Source of the DNA: Bacteroidia bacterium
GTDB taxonomy: Bacteria > Bacteroidota > Bacteroidia > Flavobacteriales > Flavobacteriaceae
DNA length: 64,000 nucleotides
Direction of reading: 5' to 3'
Assembly (NCBI GenBank): GCA_030431695.1
Contig: JAUIIU010000003.1
Location: 13,990 to 77,989, forward strand
Shown: one piece after another, positions 19,334 through 28,660 of the stretch
Position numbering within the stretch: the stretch's first letter is position 1
Layout of the letters: each line of letters begins with the position of its first letter
Program-made: the position numbers and the translations under genes
Notes under the pieces: model-generated
Told to the model about the DNA's origin: nothing
What the model saw: only the letters and a program-made list of their open reading frames with translations
Database searches by the model: none

Positions 19334-21751
19334 ATGAAACAACTCTCCGCCCTACTGTCCTTTTTGCTGATCATCTGGATCGCTTATTACAGTTTTTCAT
19401 CTTTAATGCCTTCGGAAGGCACCCCGGCCAGTACCCCGGATACCGAATTCTCCACCGAGCGTGCCCTTTCGACACTGAAGAAAATATCCGAAGCCCCGCA
19501 TTTTCACGCAAACGAGGAACATCGAAGGGTTCGGGAGATCCTTATTTCGGAACTGAAACAATTGGGACTCGAGGTTGAGACACAGAAAGGATATGTTTTA
19601 AGTCCGCACTGGGGATCTGTGCAAGAAGGAGATTCGCTGGTGAAATATTCGGCCGGGTACCATATGGACCAGCCGGTAAATATCATGGCAAGGATCCAAG
19701 GAAGCGGAAACGGCAAGGCGCTTGTATTGTTGTCCCACTACGACAGTGCCAAGGTGCCTTCTTTCGGGGCCAGTGATGCCGGCAGTGGCATAGTTACCAT
19801 CCTGGAAAGCCTGAGGGCGTATCTGGCAAACGACGAACAACCAAAAAATGATATCATTGTGCTCTTCACAGATGCTGAAGAGATAGGCCTGGACGGTGCC
19901 AAGCTGTTTGTCAATGAACACCCCTGGGCCAAAGACTCTGCCCTGGTACTGAACTTCGAAGCACGAGGCAGCGGCGGCCCCAGCAATATGATCCTGGAAA
20001 CGAACGGGGGAAATGAGAATCTAGTGAAAGCCTTCGTAGCCGCAGACACTGAATACCCTGTTGCTTCTTCACTGATGTACAGCATTTATAAAATGCTCCC
20101 CAATGATACGGATTCGACCATTTTTCGTGAAGACGGGGATATAGACAGTTTCTTTTTCGCCTTTATAGACGATCATTTCGACTACCACACGGCTGGTGAC
20201 AATATTGATAATCTCGACGTGGAAACCCTGCAACACCAGGGCAGCTATCTGCTTCCGCTCATCCACTATTTTGCCGATGCCGATCTTGAAAATCTCAAGG
20301 CTGAAGCCGATCATGTCTATGTGAATGTTCCGTTGTTCAAAATGATCCATTATCCTTTCAGTTGGATCCTTCCGTTGCTAATCGTGGCGGTTGTGCTGTA
20401 CCTTGTGCTCATATTCTACGGATTCAAGGAAGACGTTATCACGGGAAAAGCTGTTGGGCATGGCTTCATCGCCTTGTTCACCTCCCTGATCCTCTGTGGG
20501 GTCTTAGGCTATTTCGGCTGGAAAATAATACTTTCACTCTACCCACAGTACAACGAGATCCAGCATGGATTCACCTATAATGGCCACAGCTATATCGCTT
20601 TCTTTTTCCTGATCTCCCTGGGCATCACTATTGGAGTATTCAGAAGGTTTGGAAAAGAACAGCATATTGCTGGGCTTTATGTTGCACCGCTCACCCTCTG
20701 GCTGCTGATCAATGTGGTCGTCTATGTGATACTTCAGGGAGCGGGATATTTTATCATCCCTGTATTCTTCGGCCTGATATCACTTTGGGTTCTGATCCGC
20801 CAGGAACACCCTAATTTACTGTTGCTGACAATTTTAGCGGCACCAGCGATCCTCTTGTTCGCGCCTTTGATCCAATTCTTCCCCGTGGGGCTGGGTATGG
20901 GGTCAGTAGTGATCAGTTGTGTATTTACTGTCCTGGTTTTCGGGCTAATCTATTCCATTGCCGGACGATTCCAGTTTAAGCGAATCGTTTCCATCCTATG
21001 CCTTGTCATTGGGGTGATCTACTTCTTCCAGGCGCACAACCGGCGAAACTTTACCGTTGACCGCAAAAAGCCAAACAGTCTGGTATTTTACCAAAACGCA
21101 GATGCGAATAAATCGTATTGGGTGACCTATGACGAAATGCTCGACGACTGGACCCGTGGTTATCTCGGAGAAGATCCGAAACCCGCTTCAGAATTTATCG
21201 AACCGGCAGCCGGAAGTAAGTACAATACTTCCTTCAGTTATGCGGTGGAAACAAGTGTGAAGGAGATCACACCTTTTGATGTCCGACTCGAAGCAGATTC
21301 CATCGAAGGTAGTGAGCGAAGGGTATCATTCACCATTCTTCCAAAGCGTGAAGTTACCGAACTGTTCATCTTTGCAGATACCTCCAACACCTATACCAGT
21401 CTGCGTTTCAACGGAAACGAGGCGACAGTTAACAAAAAGGGGGAAGTCCATGCCAACGAGCTCAACAAGCGCCTGCTTCGATACTATCTGTCCGAAGGTG
21501 ATTCGCTCAATATTTCATATAGTACCACCAAAAAGGAGGATTTTGACTTTACGGTGATGGAATATTCATTCGATCTGCTCAACCATCCACAGTTCACGAT
21601 CAACAAACGACCTTCGCATATGATGCCCAAGCCTTTTGTGAACACTGATGCCATCGTAATAAGAAGAACCATTCGTATTAACGAGCTGAAAAAAGCCCTT
21701 GAAGACGAGTTAATAATTGAAACGGAAGAAGAAATAAACACCGATGAGTAA
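19334..21751 (+). CDS. membrane-anchored M28-family peptidase
   Basis: An M28 aminopeptidase core (HYDSAKVPSFGASDAGSG, FTDAEEIGLDGA) is followed by multiple TM helices. Confidence 0.8.
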   Translation: MKQLSALLSFLLIIWIAYYSFSSLMPSEGTPASTPDTEFSTERALSTLKKISEAPHFHANEEHRRVREILISELKQLGLEVETQKGYVLSPHWGSVQEGDSLVKYSAGYHMDQPVNIMARIQGSGNGKALVLLSHYDSAKVPSFGASDAGSGIVTILESLRAYLANDEQPKNDIIVLFTDAEEIGLDGAKLFVNEHPWAKDSALVLNFEARGSGGPSNMILETNGGNENLVKAFVAADTEYPVASSLMYSIYKMLPNDTDSTIFREDGDIDSFFFAFIDDHFDYHTAGDNIDNLDVETLQHQGSYLLPLIHYFADADLENLKAEADHVYVNVPLFKMIHYPFSWILPLLIVAVVLYLVLIFYGFKEDVITGKAVGHGFIALFTSLILCGVLGYFGWKIILSLYPQYNEIQHGFTYNGHSYIAFFFLISLGITIGVFRRFGKEQHIAGLYVAPLTLWLLINVVVYVILQGAGYFIIPVFFGLISLWVLIRQEHPNLLLLTILAAPAILLFAPLIQFFPVGLGMGSVVISCVFTVLVFGLIYSIAGRFQFKRIVSILCLVIGVIYFFQAHNRRNFTVDRKKPNSLVFYQNADANKSYWVTYDEMLDDWTRGYLGEDPKPASEFIEPAAGSKYNTSFSYAVETSVKEITPFDVRLEADSIEGSERRVSFTILPKREVTELFIFADTSNTYTSLRFNGNEATVNKKGEVHANELNKRLLRYYLSEGDSLNISYSTTKKEDFDFTVMEYSFDLLNHPQFTINKRPSHMMPKPFVNTDAIVIRRTIRINELKKALEDELIIETEEEINTDE

Positions 21752-22550
21752 GACCATAGCCATAGCGGGAATGGGATGGCTGGGACTGGCCCTCGCGAGT
21801 CATCTGAAAATGCTGGGATATTCGGTGAAAGGTTCTGTGACAGGAGAGGAGAAGGCGACCGACCTGCGTAGAAACGGCTTCCATACTACCACCATGGTCA
21901 TTACTGAATCCGGGATCATCGGGCCTGTTGAAGCGTTACTTGCAGATACAGATTGCCTTGTCATCATGATCCCTCCCGGGCTCAGGCGGCAATCGGGTTC
22001 GGATTTTGTTCTGAAAATGTCTTATTTACTCTCCGCTGTAGAGGCTTCAGAAGTGAGAAATGTGATCCTGGTAAGCAGTACGTCGGTTTACGGAGATGAC
22101 CAGGGGCGAGTTACCGAACAGGATGTTCCCAGGCCCGAAACCCAGGCCGGCAAGCAACTTTTACAGGTAGAGCAACTATTCTTTACTTCGGAAAAGATCG
22201 ACGCCACAATAGTTCGATTCGGCGGATTATTTGGCGGAAGCAGGCAGCCTGTACGCTACCTGGCCGGCAGAACCGATCTAAACAACGGTGATGCGCCGGT
22301 TAACCTCATTCACAGGGCAGATTGTGTAGGTGTCCTGACAGAGATCATCAAACAGGAAGCTTTCGGGCATATCTTCAATGCCGTACTTCCTTCCCACCCC
22401 ATGAAAAGAGAATACTACAGGAATGTAGCTGCACAACTCGACCTTGTTCCACCAAAGTATGCCACAGGGGATTCCGAAGAAGTTTTCAAGCAGGTGGATT
22501 CCATAAACCTGGACAGCGTCCTGAACTATTCCTTCAAACACAAATTATAA
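21744..22550 (+). CDS. NAD(P)-binding Rossmann-fold protein (epimerase/SDR-like)
   Basis: It has an N-terminal IAIAGMGWLG glycine-rich loop. It overlaps the end of the upstream gene by 8 nt. Confidence 0.65.
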   Translation: MSKTIAIAGMGWLGLALASHLKMLGYSVKGSVTGEEKATDLRRNGFHTTTMVITESGIIGPVEALLADTDCLVIMIPPGLRRQSGSDFVLKMSYLLSAVEASEVRNVILVSSTSVYGDDQGRVTEQDVPRPETQAGKQLLQVEQLFFTSEKIDATIVRFGGLFGGSRQPVRYLAGRTDLNNGDAPVNLIHRADCVGVLTEIIKQEAFGHIFNAVLPSHPMKREYYRNVAAQLDLVPPKYATGDSEEVFKQVDSINLDSVLNYSFKHKL

Positions 22551-22551
22551 A

Positions 22552-22573
22552 AAAGGAGCCCGAAGGCTCCTTT
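22552..22573. terminator. bidirectional terminator hairpin between convergent genes
   Basis: AAAGGAGCC-cgaa-GGCTCCTTT is flanked by A/T runs. It lies between the stops at 22550 (+) and 22580 (-). Confidence 0.65.
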
Positions 22574-22579
22574 CATATT

Positions 22580-24649
22580 TTACCAGATTCGTACCCGGTC
22601 TTCGGGTGCCAGCCACATGCCGTCACCTTCTTTTATATCGAATGCTTCAAAGAATGCATCGACATTCATCAGGGGTTGAGTAGCCCTGTATCGCCCCGGA
22701 GAGTGTGGGTCTGTCTTAATTTGTTCGCGTGTGTACTTTTCGGTTTGTTTTGTTCTCCAAACCGTTGCCCAACTCATGAAGAATCTCTGTTCAGGAGTAA
22801 AACCGTCAATGTTCTCCGGTCTTCCATTTTCAGCATAGAAACGCTGCAATCCATCATAAGCACCCAGGATACCACCAAGGTCACCAATATTCTCACCAAG
22901 GGTGAATTTCCCGTTGATGAACACACTGTCCAGCACTTCAATATTGTCGTACTGCTGGGCCAGTTTGGAACCGCGTGCTGTGAATTCAGTTAGATCATTT
23001 TCTGTCCACCAGTTCACCAGGTTCCCGTCGCCGTCGAATCTTGATCCACTGTCATCGAAGGCGTGAGATATCTCATGGCCGATCACAGCACCGATCCCGC
23101 CGTAGTTTACAGCCTCGTCTGCTTTGTAATCGTAGAACGGAGGCTGAAGAATTGCCGCAGGAAATACGATCTCGTTGTTGAACGGCTGGAAATAAGCATT
23201 CACGGTTTGAGGTGACATTCCCCATTCGGTACGGTCCACCGGCTCGTTCACACGATCCAGGTTGTCCTTTAACTGCCATTCGCCAACGGCTATCATATTC
23301 TCGAAGTAACCATTTTCAGGATTAACGTTCATCGAAGAATAATCCTTCCACTTATCCGGATACCCGATCTTCACGGTAAATTTATCGAGCTTCTGGATAG
23401 CCTTGGTCTTGGTGCTGTCGCTCATCCAATCCAGTGCACGAATACGGTCTTTGTAGGCAGCGATCACGTTGGAGATCATCAGTTCTGCCTTTTCCTTAGC
23501 CTCAGGCGGGAATTTCTCGTCAACGTAAAGCTTCCCGAGGGCTTCACCAACAGTACCGTTTACAGTAGCGAGTGCGCGCTCATCGGCAGGACGTTGTTTT
23601 TTGGCTCCACGGAGCGTTTTGGAATAAAAATCCCAGTTTGCTTCATCGATCTCGGTGGTAAGAAAACCAGCTGCGCTATTCAGGGTTGCCCAACGAGTAA
23701 CGGTCTTCCAGGTTTCGATATCGCCCTCTTCCATTACCTGCTTCATAACATTCATATAGGCGGGTTGCATAACTAGTACTGTGTCCACTTCCTTGGTTAC
23801 ACCAAGGTCTTTGAGTGCCTGTTTCCACTGGATCTGCGGAACCATAGCTTGCAGCTGATCCATAGATCGTGGGTTATTGAAATTCCTGAAATCCCTTCTG
23901 GCAACCTTGTCCAGTCGTGGTTCTGCCAGTCGGGTTTCGAAAGCCAGAATAGTTTCGGCCTGTGCTCGTGCGTCTTCCTCGGAATCTCCTAGAAACTGAA
24001 GCATACGTGTGATGTGATCCTTATAATGAGTCCGAATCTCTTTAGATGCTTCGTCCTGGTTGGTGTAATAATCACGGTCTGGCAATCCCAGTCCGCCGGG
24101 AATCACGTACCCGGAATTCATAGCACTGTTGCTGGGGTTGGAGAATGCCGCAAAACCAAAGAAAGGTTGTGACACCGTAACTGCTTCCTGCGTCATCAGG
24201 TTTTGATATTCCTCTACTGACGAAACAGCGGCGATCTTATCGAGTATGGGTTGAAGTGGCGCAATTCCCCTTTCGTTACGGGCAACAGTATCCAGTTCCG
24301 ACTCGAAGATCATCATAGCCTTCGCCTGGTCGGTATCGGGGCTGTATTTACCGCTCTCCTTTGCATTCGCAAGGATATCCAGCACATCCAAATCCGTACT
24401 TTTCCGAAGTACCATAAAGCCTCCCCATCGAACCTGGTCGTCCGGGATCTCTGTATTCTTCATCCAGGTACCGTTTACGTAGTTGTAGAAATCGTTTTTC
24501 GGACTAACAGTAGTGTCCATGTTGGCCAGGATCAGTCCGTGAGGGCCGTCATCTTCCATTGCCATCTTACCATCCTTATCGGCGCAGGCCGCTACGGCAA
24601 CCGCAAGAATCACAGTTGCAAGAATGGTTTTAAAATAGTTGGTTTTCAT
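22580..24649 (-). CDS. M13-family metalloendopeptidase (PepO/neprilysin-like)
   Basis: It has the HEISH zinc motif (VIGHEISHAFDD), the typical ~690-aa length, and a lipoprotein-like signal peptide. Confidence 0.9.
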   Translation of the reverse strand: MKTNYFKTILATVILAVAVAACADKDGKMAMEDDGPHGLILANMDTTVSPKNDFYNYVNGTWMKNTEIPDDQVRWGGFMVLRKSTDLDVLDILANAKESGKYSPDTDQAKAMMIFESELDTVARNERGIAPLQPILDKIAAVSSVEEYQNLMTQEAVTVSQPFFGFAAFSNPSNSAMNSGYVIPGGLGLPDRDYYTNQDEASKEIRTHYKDHITRMLQFLGDSEEDARAQAETILAFETRLAEPRLDKVARRDFRNFNNPRSMDQLQAMVPQIQWKQALKDLGVTKEVDTVLVMQPAYMNVMKQVMEEGDIETWKTVTRWATLNSAAGFLTTEIDEANWDFYSKTLRGAKKQRPADERALATVNGTVGEALGKLYVDEKFPPEAKEKAELMISNVIAAYKDRIRALDWMSDSTKTKAIQKLDKFTVKIGYPDKWKDYSSMNVNPENGYFENMIAVGEWQLKDNLDRVNEPVDRTEWGMSPQTVNAYFQPFNNEIVFPAAILQPPFYDYKADEAVNYGGIGAVIGHEISHAFDDSGSRFDGDGNLVNWWTENDLTEFTARGSKLAQQYDNIEVLDSVFINGKFTLGENIGDLGGILGAYDGLQRFYAENGRPENIDGFTPEQRFFMSWATVWRTKQTEKYTREQIKTDPHSPGRYRATQPLMNVDAFFEAFDIKEGDGMWLAPEDRVRIW

Positions 24650-24722
24650 TTTATTCGTGTTTTTAGTGATTACAGGCGTAAACGCCTGTGGTATTTGTAG
24701 TGATATTTGAAATTTGTTACAG

Positions 24723-25334
24723 TTAATTATCCTGATCTTCTAATTCTGACTGGTACACAGAATCCAGGAATCGTTGTTGTTTCTCAAGTTCTTTTTCTTC
24801 ATCTTCCCGACGCTCCTGGTTGATCCGGTCCTTCGCAAGTTTCTCGTTGATCTGGTTCATGAAATGAGAACCTGCCATGTTGAGTTCACGCACGTAGGAC
24901 TCGATGATAGCAGTATCCGGACGAGATTTTCGAACTTCCTGGTCGAGTAGTCGCACCCTGGTATCAACGATCAGCAGACGTGAACGAATGGGTTTGGAAT
25001 CCAGGGTGTCCGGTATGGTCTTCGACAGAGAATCCGTAAAGAGGATAAGACGTTCGGTCTTTGCTTTTATTTCTGAAGCGGTAGCACCATTTATGGATCC
25101 AAGTGCAGTACGAAGATCTTCAAAAACGGGCCAGTTGGTAACTACGTTTTCGGCACCGTTGATTAGCTGAGGGAGCTGTGTGGTAGTTTCACCGTAAGTC
25201 CTGGTAAGTTCCTGAACAGGAACAACCTCTTCCTCAGTATTTGTTTCGGTACTGTCACAAGAGCTGTACCATGGTGCAAAGAGCACCAGCACTAACGCGC
25301 TGACTATCGTCCAGTTTGACTTCATTTGTGGCAA
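24723..25334 (-). CDS. hypothetical lipoprotein
   Basis: It has a signal peptide with a lipobox-like Cys (APWYSSCDS). The family was not recognised. Confidence 0.45.
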   Translation of the reverse strand: MPQMKSNWTIVSALVLVLFAPWYSSCDSTETNTEEEVVPVQELTRTYGETTTQLPQLINGAENVVTNWPVFEDLRTALGSINGATASEIKAKTERLILFTDSLSKTIPDTLDSKPIRSRLLIVDTRVRLLDQEVRKSRPDTAIIESYVRELNMAGSHFMNQINEKLAKDRINQERREDEEKELEKQQRFLDSVYQSELEDQDN

Positions 25335-25423
25335 AGATAAAGTTCTCCGGTAAAATTACTCGTTGGCCATTAAAAGTTTTAGAATGGAATATGATTATAT
25401 TTACCCCAACATCCGAAATTCAT

Positions 25424-26386
25424 ATGAAAAAACGCATTCTGATCATTGGTGCCAGTGGGCAGATAGGCTCTGAGCTAACGGAGCGATTACGCAAAGTTTA
25501 TGCTCCGCACAAAGTAATTGCCAGCGACATTCGTGAAGGGGACTCCGCCCTTATGGAAAGCGGCCCGTTCGAGATCCTGGATGCAATGGATTACCATGCT
25601 ATTGAGGATATAGTGATCAACTACGAGATCTCCGAGGTTTATCTTATGGCAGCTATGCTCTCGGCAACGGCGGAGAAATTCCCAATGAAGGCCTGGAACC
25701 TGAATATGACCTCACTTTTCAATGTACTGAACCTCGCCAAGGAGGGTAAGATCGAAAAAGTATTCTGGCCTTCCAGCATTGCGGTTTTCGGGCCTACGAC
25801 ACCAAAAGTGAATACCCCGCAAAATACCATTACCGAACCTTCGACAGTTTACGGTATCAGCAAACTGACAGGTGAACGCTGGTGCGAGTATTACCACAAG
25901 CGATATGGTGTAGATGTACGAAGCCTTAGGTACCCGGGATTGATTAGTTATAAAACGCTGCCGGGTGGTGGAACTACCGACTATGCCGTGGAGATCTACC
26001 ACAAGGCAATCAAGCATAAGCGTTATATTTCTTTTTTGAATGAAGGAACCGTTCTTCCGATGATGTTCATGGACGATGCTATCAATGCCACGATTGGAAT
26101 CATGGAGGCCAACCCTGATGAAGTAAAAATCCGAAGTGCATATAATTTGTCGGCCATAAGTTTCGGCCCCGAAGATATTGCGGCATCCATCCGAAAGCAT
26201 ATTCCTGATTTCGAGATCGTATATCAACCTGATTTCAGGCAGGATATTGCCGATTCATGGCCAAACAGCATGGACGATTCCCAGGCCCGTGAAGATTGGG
26301 GTTGGGCGCATACGTACGACCTGGATGAAATGACCGAGGAGATGTTAGAAAATCTTCAGGGGAATTTACAGGATAAATCCGAATAG
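25424..26386 (+). CDS. NAD-dependent epimerase/dehydratase family, SDR-type L-threonine 3-dehydrogenase-like
   Basis: It has the Rossmann motif IIGASGQIGSEL and a YxxxK motif (YGISK). The ATG at 25424 is preferred, because the longer ORF start would overlap the divergent upstream gene. Confidence 0.65.
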   Translation: MKKRILIIGASGQIGSELTERLRKVYAPHKVIASDIREGDSALMESGPFEILDAMDYHAIEDIVINYEISEVYLMAAMLSATAEKFPMKAWNLNMTSLFNVLNLAKEGKIEKVFWPSSIAVFGPTTPKVNTPQNTITEPSTVYGISKLTGERWCEYYHKRYGVDVRSLRYPGLISYKTLPGGGTTDYAVEIYHKAIKHKRYISFLNEGTVLPMMFMDDAINATIGIMEANPDEVKIRSAYNLSAISFGPEDIAASIRKHIPDFEIVYQPDFRQDIADSWPNSMDDSQAREDWGWAHTYDLDEMTEEMLENLQGNLQDKSE

Positions 26387-26455
26387 CAATTGCCTCCCAT
26401 ACGCTCGTTGGACCTGCCGCATTTCTGTGCTTCGCACAGTTGCGGTGCTACTTTG

Positions 26456-26527
26456 TAGCCCCGGCAAGAATCGAACTTGCATCTAAAGTTTAGGAAACTT
26501 CTATTCTATCCATTGAACTACGGGGCC
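26456..26527 (-). tRNA. tRNA-Arg (anticodon CCT)
   Basis: The hand-folded cloverleaf is GGCCCCG/CGGGGCT acceptor, GAAGT/ACTTT anticodon stem, TTCCTAA loop, and GCAAG-TTCGATT-CTTGC T-arm. Confidence 0.9.
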
Positions 26528-26573
26528 GAAAAGGAAGACAAAAATAATGTAATTATTCAGAAACAGGAAAGGA

Positions 26574-27320
26574 TTATTCTATGCTGTTCACCTGAATATT
26601 CTCGTTTTCAATTACCGATAGCAGTTCCAGTTCTCCCTTTTCAAACAAACCCGGAAGGCTGTCCAGGGGAGTTAACTTATCGGACGGTTTATAGTTTCGG
26701 TAGTCCTGGAACAGGATGTTATCAATTCGTTTCTTGCCAAAAGCCTCTCGGAAACGCACTCCTCCTCCTTCCGTAAGGTAGGAATAGGCCAGGTAATCGA
26801 TCTCGAAGGATTCGGTATTGATCCAATACCTGAATTCGTCTTCAAAATCAACACCTCCGCCCTCCTGGCGAAATGTCACTTTCAAAGTGTGATACTCCTG
26901 TGCCTTGATCGTCGTGGTCCCCTTGTATTCCTTCTGAACAGCAGGGTCGTTGAGCACCAGGGGAAGCTGGAAGAAGTAAAGCACCGAATTGACCGAATTA
27001 CTGTAGTTGGTAGCCATGGAATCTATCACGTTCACGACTCGATCGTTCACATATCTCGAATAGCCGTTTTTACTATGGAGCCGGTCCTCAATCGTATCTT
27101 TTCGCCTGGTGTATTCATACAAGGTTCTGTCGCGGTAAAGAGTGTAACTATGGTCCCGGAAATCAAAGCTGATCTTCTTTCCGTAGAAGTTTTCAGTACC
27201 ATGAGAGTCTATAGTATGAATCAGTAAGGAACTGGCATCTGTAACAGAGGACTTTTCTCCGCAAGAAAATAGGTTAAGCAACAGTAATAAAAGCAGAAGG
27301 TATTTAGAGGTGTGTTTCAA
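26574..27320 (-). CDS. hypothetical lipoprotein
   Basis: It has a signal peptide with a lipobox-like LFSCGE. The family was not recognised. Confidence 0.45.
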   Translation of the reverse strand: MKHTSKYLLLLLLLLNLFSCGEKSSVTDASSLLIHTIDSHGTENFYGKKISFDFRDHSYTLYRDRTLYEYTRRKDTIEDRLHSKNGYSRYVNDRVVNVIDSMATNYSNSVNSVLYFFQLPLVLNDPAVQKEYKGTTTIKAQEYHTLKVTFRQEGGGVDFEDEFRYWINTESFEIDYLAYSYLTEGGGVRFREAFGKKRIDNILFQDYRNYKPSDKLTPLDSLPGLFEKGELELLSVIENENIQVNSIE

Positions 27321-27460
27321 AATAAAACATTTAGACCGGTAGTCGGTATATGCAAGATAACATTACTGAAATTAACATCAAGATCGCTACTCGATCCTTT
27401 TCTACGACAATCCAACGCTATTTTTTTATAATTTTAGAACCACATCAAAGGAATTCCTAA

Positions 27461-28525
27461 TTGTCTCTGGACTTCATCAATATTATTCCGCTTATAATAA
27501 TTTTCCAAAGCACGCTATTTGGGATTGTCCTGCTTTCACATAAAGGCAAAAAGCGTAGCAGCAATTATTTACTCGCGAGTTTTCTATTATTGCTGGCCGT
27601 ACAATTCGGATTAATCCTTTTGCGTAATGTTTATGTGATTGAGCGGTTGTACGACATAATGAACGTATTCGGGCTGCTCTATGGCCCGGTTTTATATCTG
27701 TATTCAGCGTCACTAATCTTCAGCGATTTTAAATTCAAACCAAAGTTTCTGCTGCATTTTATACCCGCGGTAATTGTACTTGTCACCTGGTTTTTTGACT
27801 TTACTTTCAATCCGTATACCCAAAATATAATGTACGTTCTGATCGTTTCCTACATTGGGTATTCCATATATCGCATATTAAATTACCGGAGAGTGCTGAA
27901 GAACACCACGGCTGTTCAACATACCGATCTCAAATGGCTACAATGGATACTTATTGTCTTTGCGATCATCTTGTGCTTTGATATAGTGGAATACCTGTTT
28001 CAAGAGATTAAAGTAGTTTTCGGAATCACCCTGGTTCATATAATGGTATTGATCATGGTCAACTGGATCTTCTACAAAGGATTGAAGCAGCCACAATTAT
28101 TCCAGGGAGTAAGTACAAGGGACCAGTCGATAAGTGATGAAATCGTCCATAACAAGGTTCAACAAACCCACGTAGAGGACGCGACAAAAGAAGAACTCAA
28201 CACTATAATTGAGTTGTTTAATACTGAAAAACCTTATACGGACCTGGGTGTTTCGTTGAGCAGTTTAGCCGAACAGCTGGGGATGTCGGACAGAAGGCTC
28301 TCGCAGATAATAAATCACCATTTTCAGAAGAACTTCATGACATTTATCAATGATTACAGGATCGATTTTGCAAAACACCGCCTGGAGAATCCAGTAGATC
28401 CTAAAGAAACCATACTGGAAGTCATGTACGATGTGGGTTTTAATTCCAAATCATCATTCAACACGCTATTCAAAAAGAATACCGGCCTCACCCCTTCAGA
28501 ATACAAGAAAAAATTCAGTTCATAA
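27461..28525 (+). CDS. AraC-family transcriptional regulator with N-terminal multi-TM domain
   Basis: About 200 aa of hydrophobic helices precede a C-terminal AraC-type double HTH (DVGFNSKSSFNTLFKKNTGLTPSEY). A TTG start is implied. Confidence 0.8.
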   Translation: MSLDFINIIPLIIIFQSTLFGIVLLSHKGKKRSSNYLLASFLLLLAVQFGLILLRNVYVIERLYDIMNVFGLLYGPVLYLYSASLIFSDFKFKPKFLLHFIPAVIVLVTWFFDFTFNPYTQNIMYVLIVSYIGYSIYRILNYRRVLKNTTAVQHTDLKWLQWILIVFAIILCFDIVEYLFQEIKVVFGITLVHIMVLIMVNWIFYKGLKQPQLFQGVSTRDQSISDEIVHNKVQQTHVEDATKEELNTIIELFNTEKPYTDLGVSLSSLAEQLGMSDRRLSQIINHHFQKNFMTFINDYRIDFAKHRLENPVDPKETILEVMYDVGFNSKSSFNTLFKKNTGLTPSEYKKKFSS

Positions 28526-28527
28526 AG

Positions 28528-28569
28528 GCGTTCGAATTCACGTAGGCTTATAAATTCGAACGCTTTTCC
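28528..28569 (+). terminator. intrinsic terminator after the AraC gene
   Basis: Perfect 11-bp inverted repeat GCGTTCGAATT / AATTCGAACGC with a 14-nt loop, followed by TTTTCC. Confidence 0.6.
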
Positions 28570-28633
28570 TTGCTTCAAATACGTTTGAATACACGAATTC
28601 AGACGACCGGCGAAAGTTTATCTCATTCTTTTG
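28552..28633 (+). promoter_or_regulatory. conserved promoter-proximal element, copy A
   Basis: 50 of 61 positions are identical by hand alignment to 37417-37477. A TTCTTTTG box follows at 28626-28633, 28 nt before the ATG at 28661. The element contains the palindrome TTCAAAtacgTTTGAA. Confidence 0.55.
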
Positions 28634-28660
28634 TAACCATCATTATTCGAATTGAGTGTT

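Noticed and set aside
25316-25423. N-terminal 36-codon extension of the epimerase/TDH-like ORF
   Set aside because: The extension overlaps the divergent upstream gene start and precedes the canonical Rossmann N-terminus (MKKRILIIGASG), so the internal ATG at 25424 is used.
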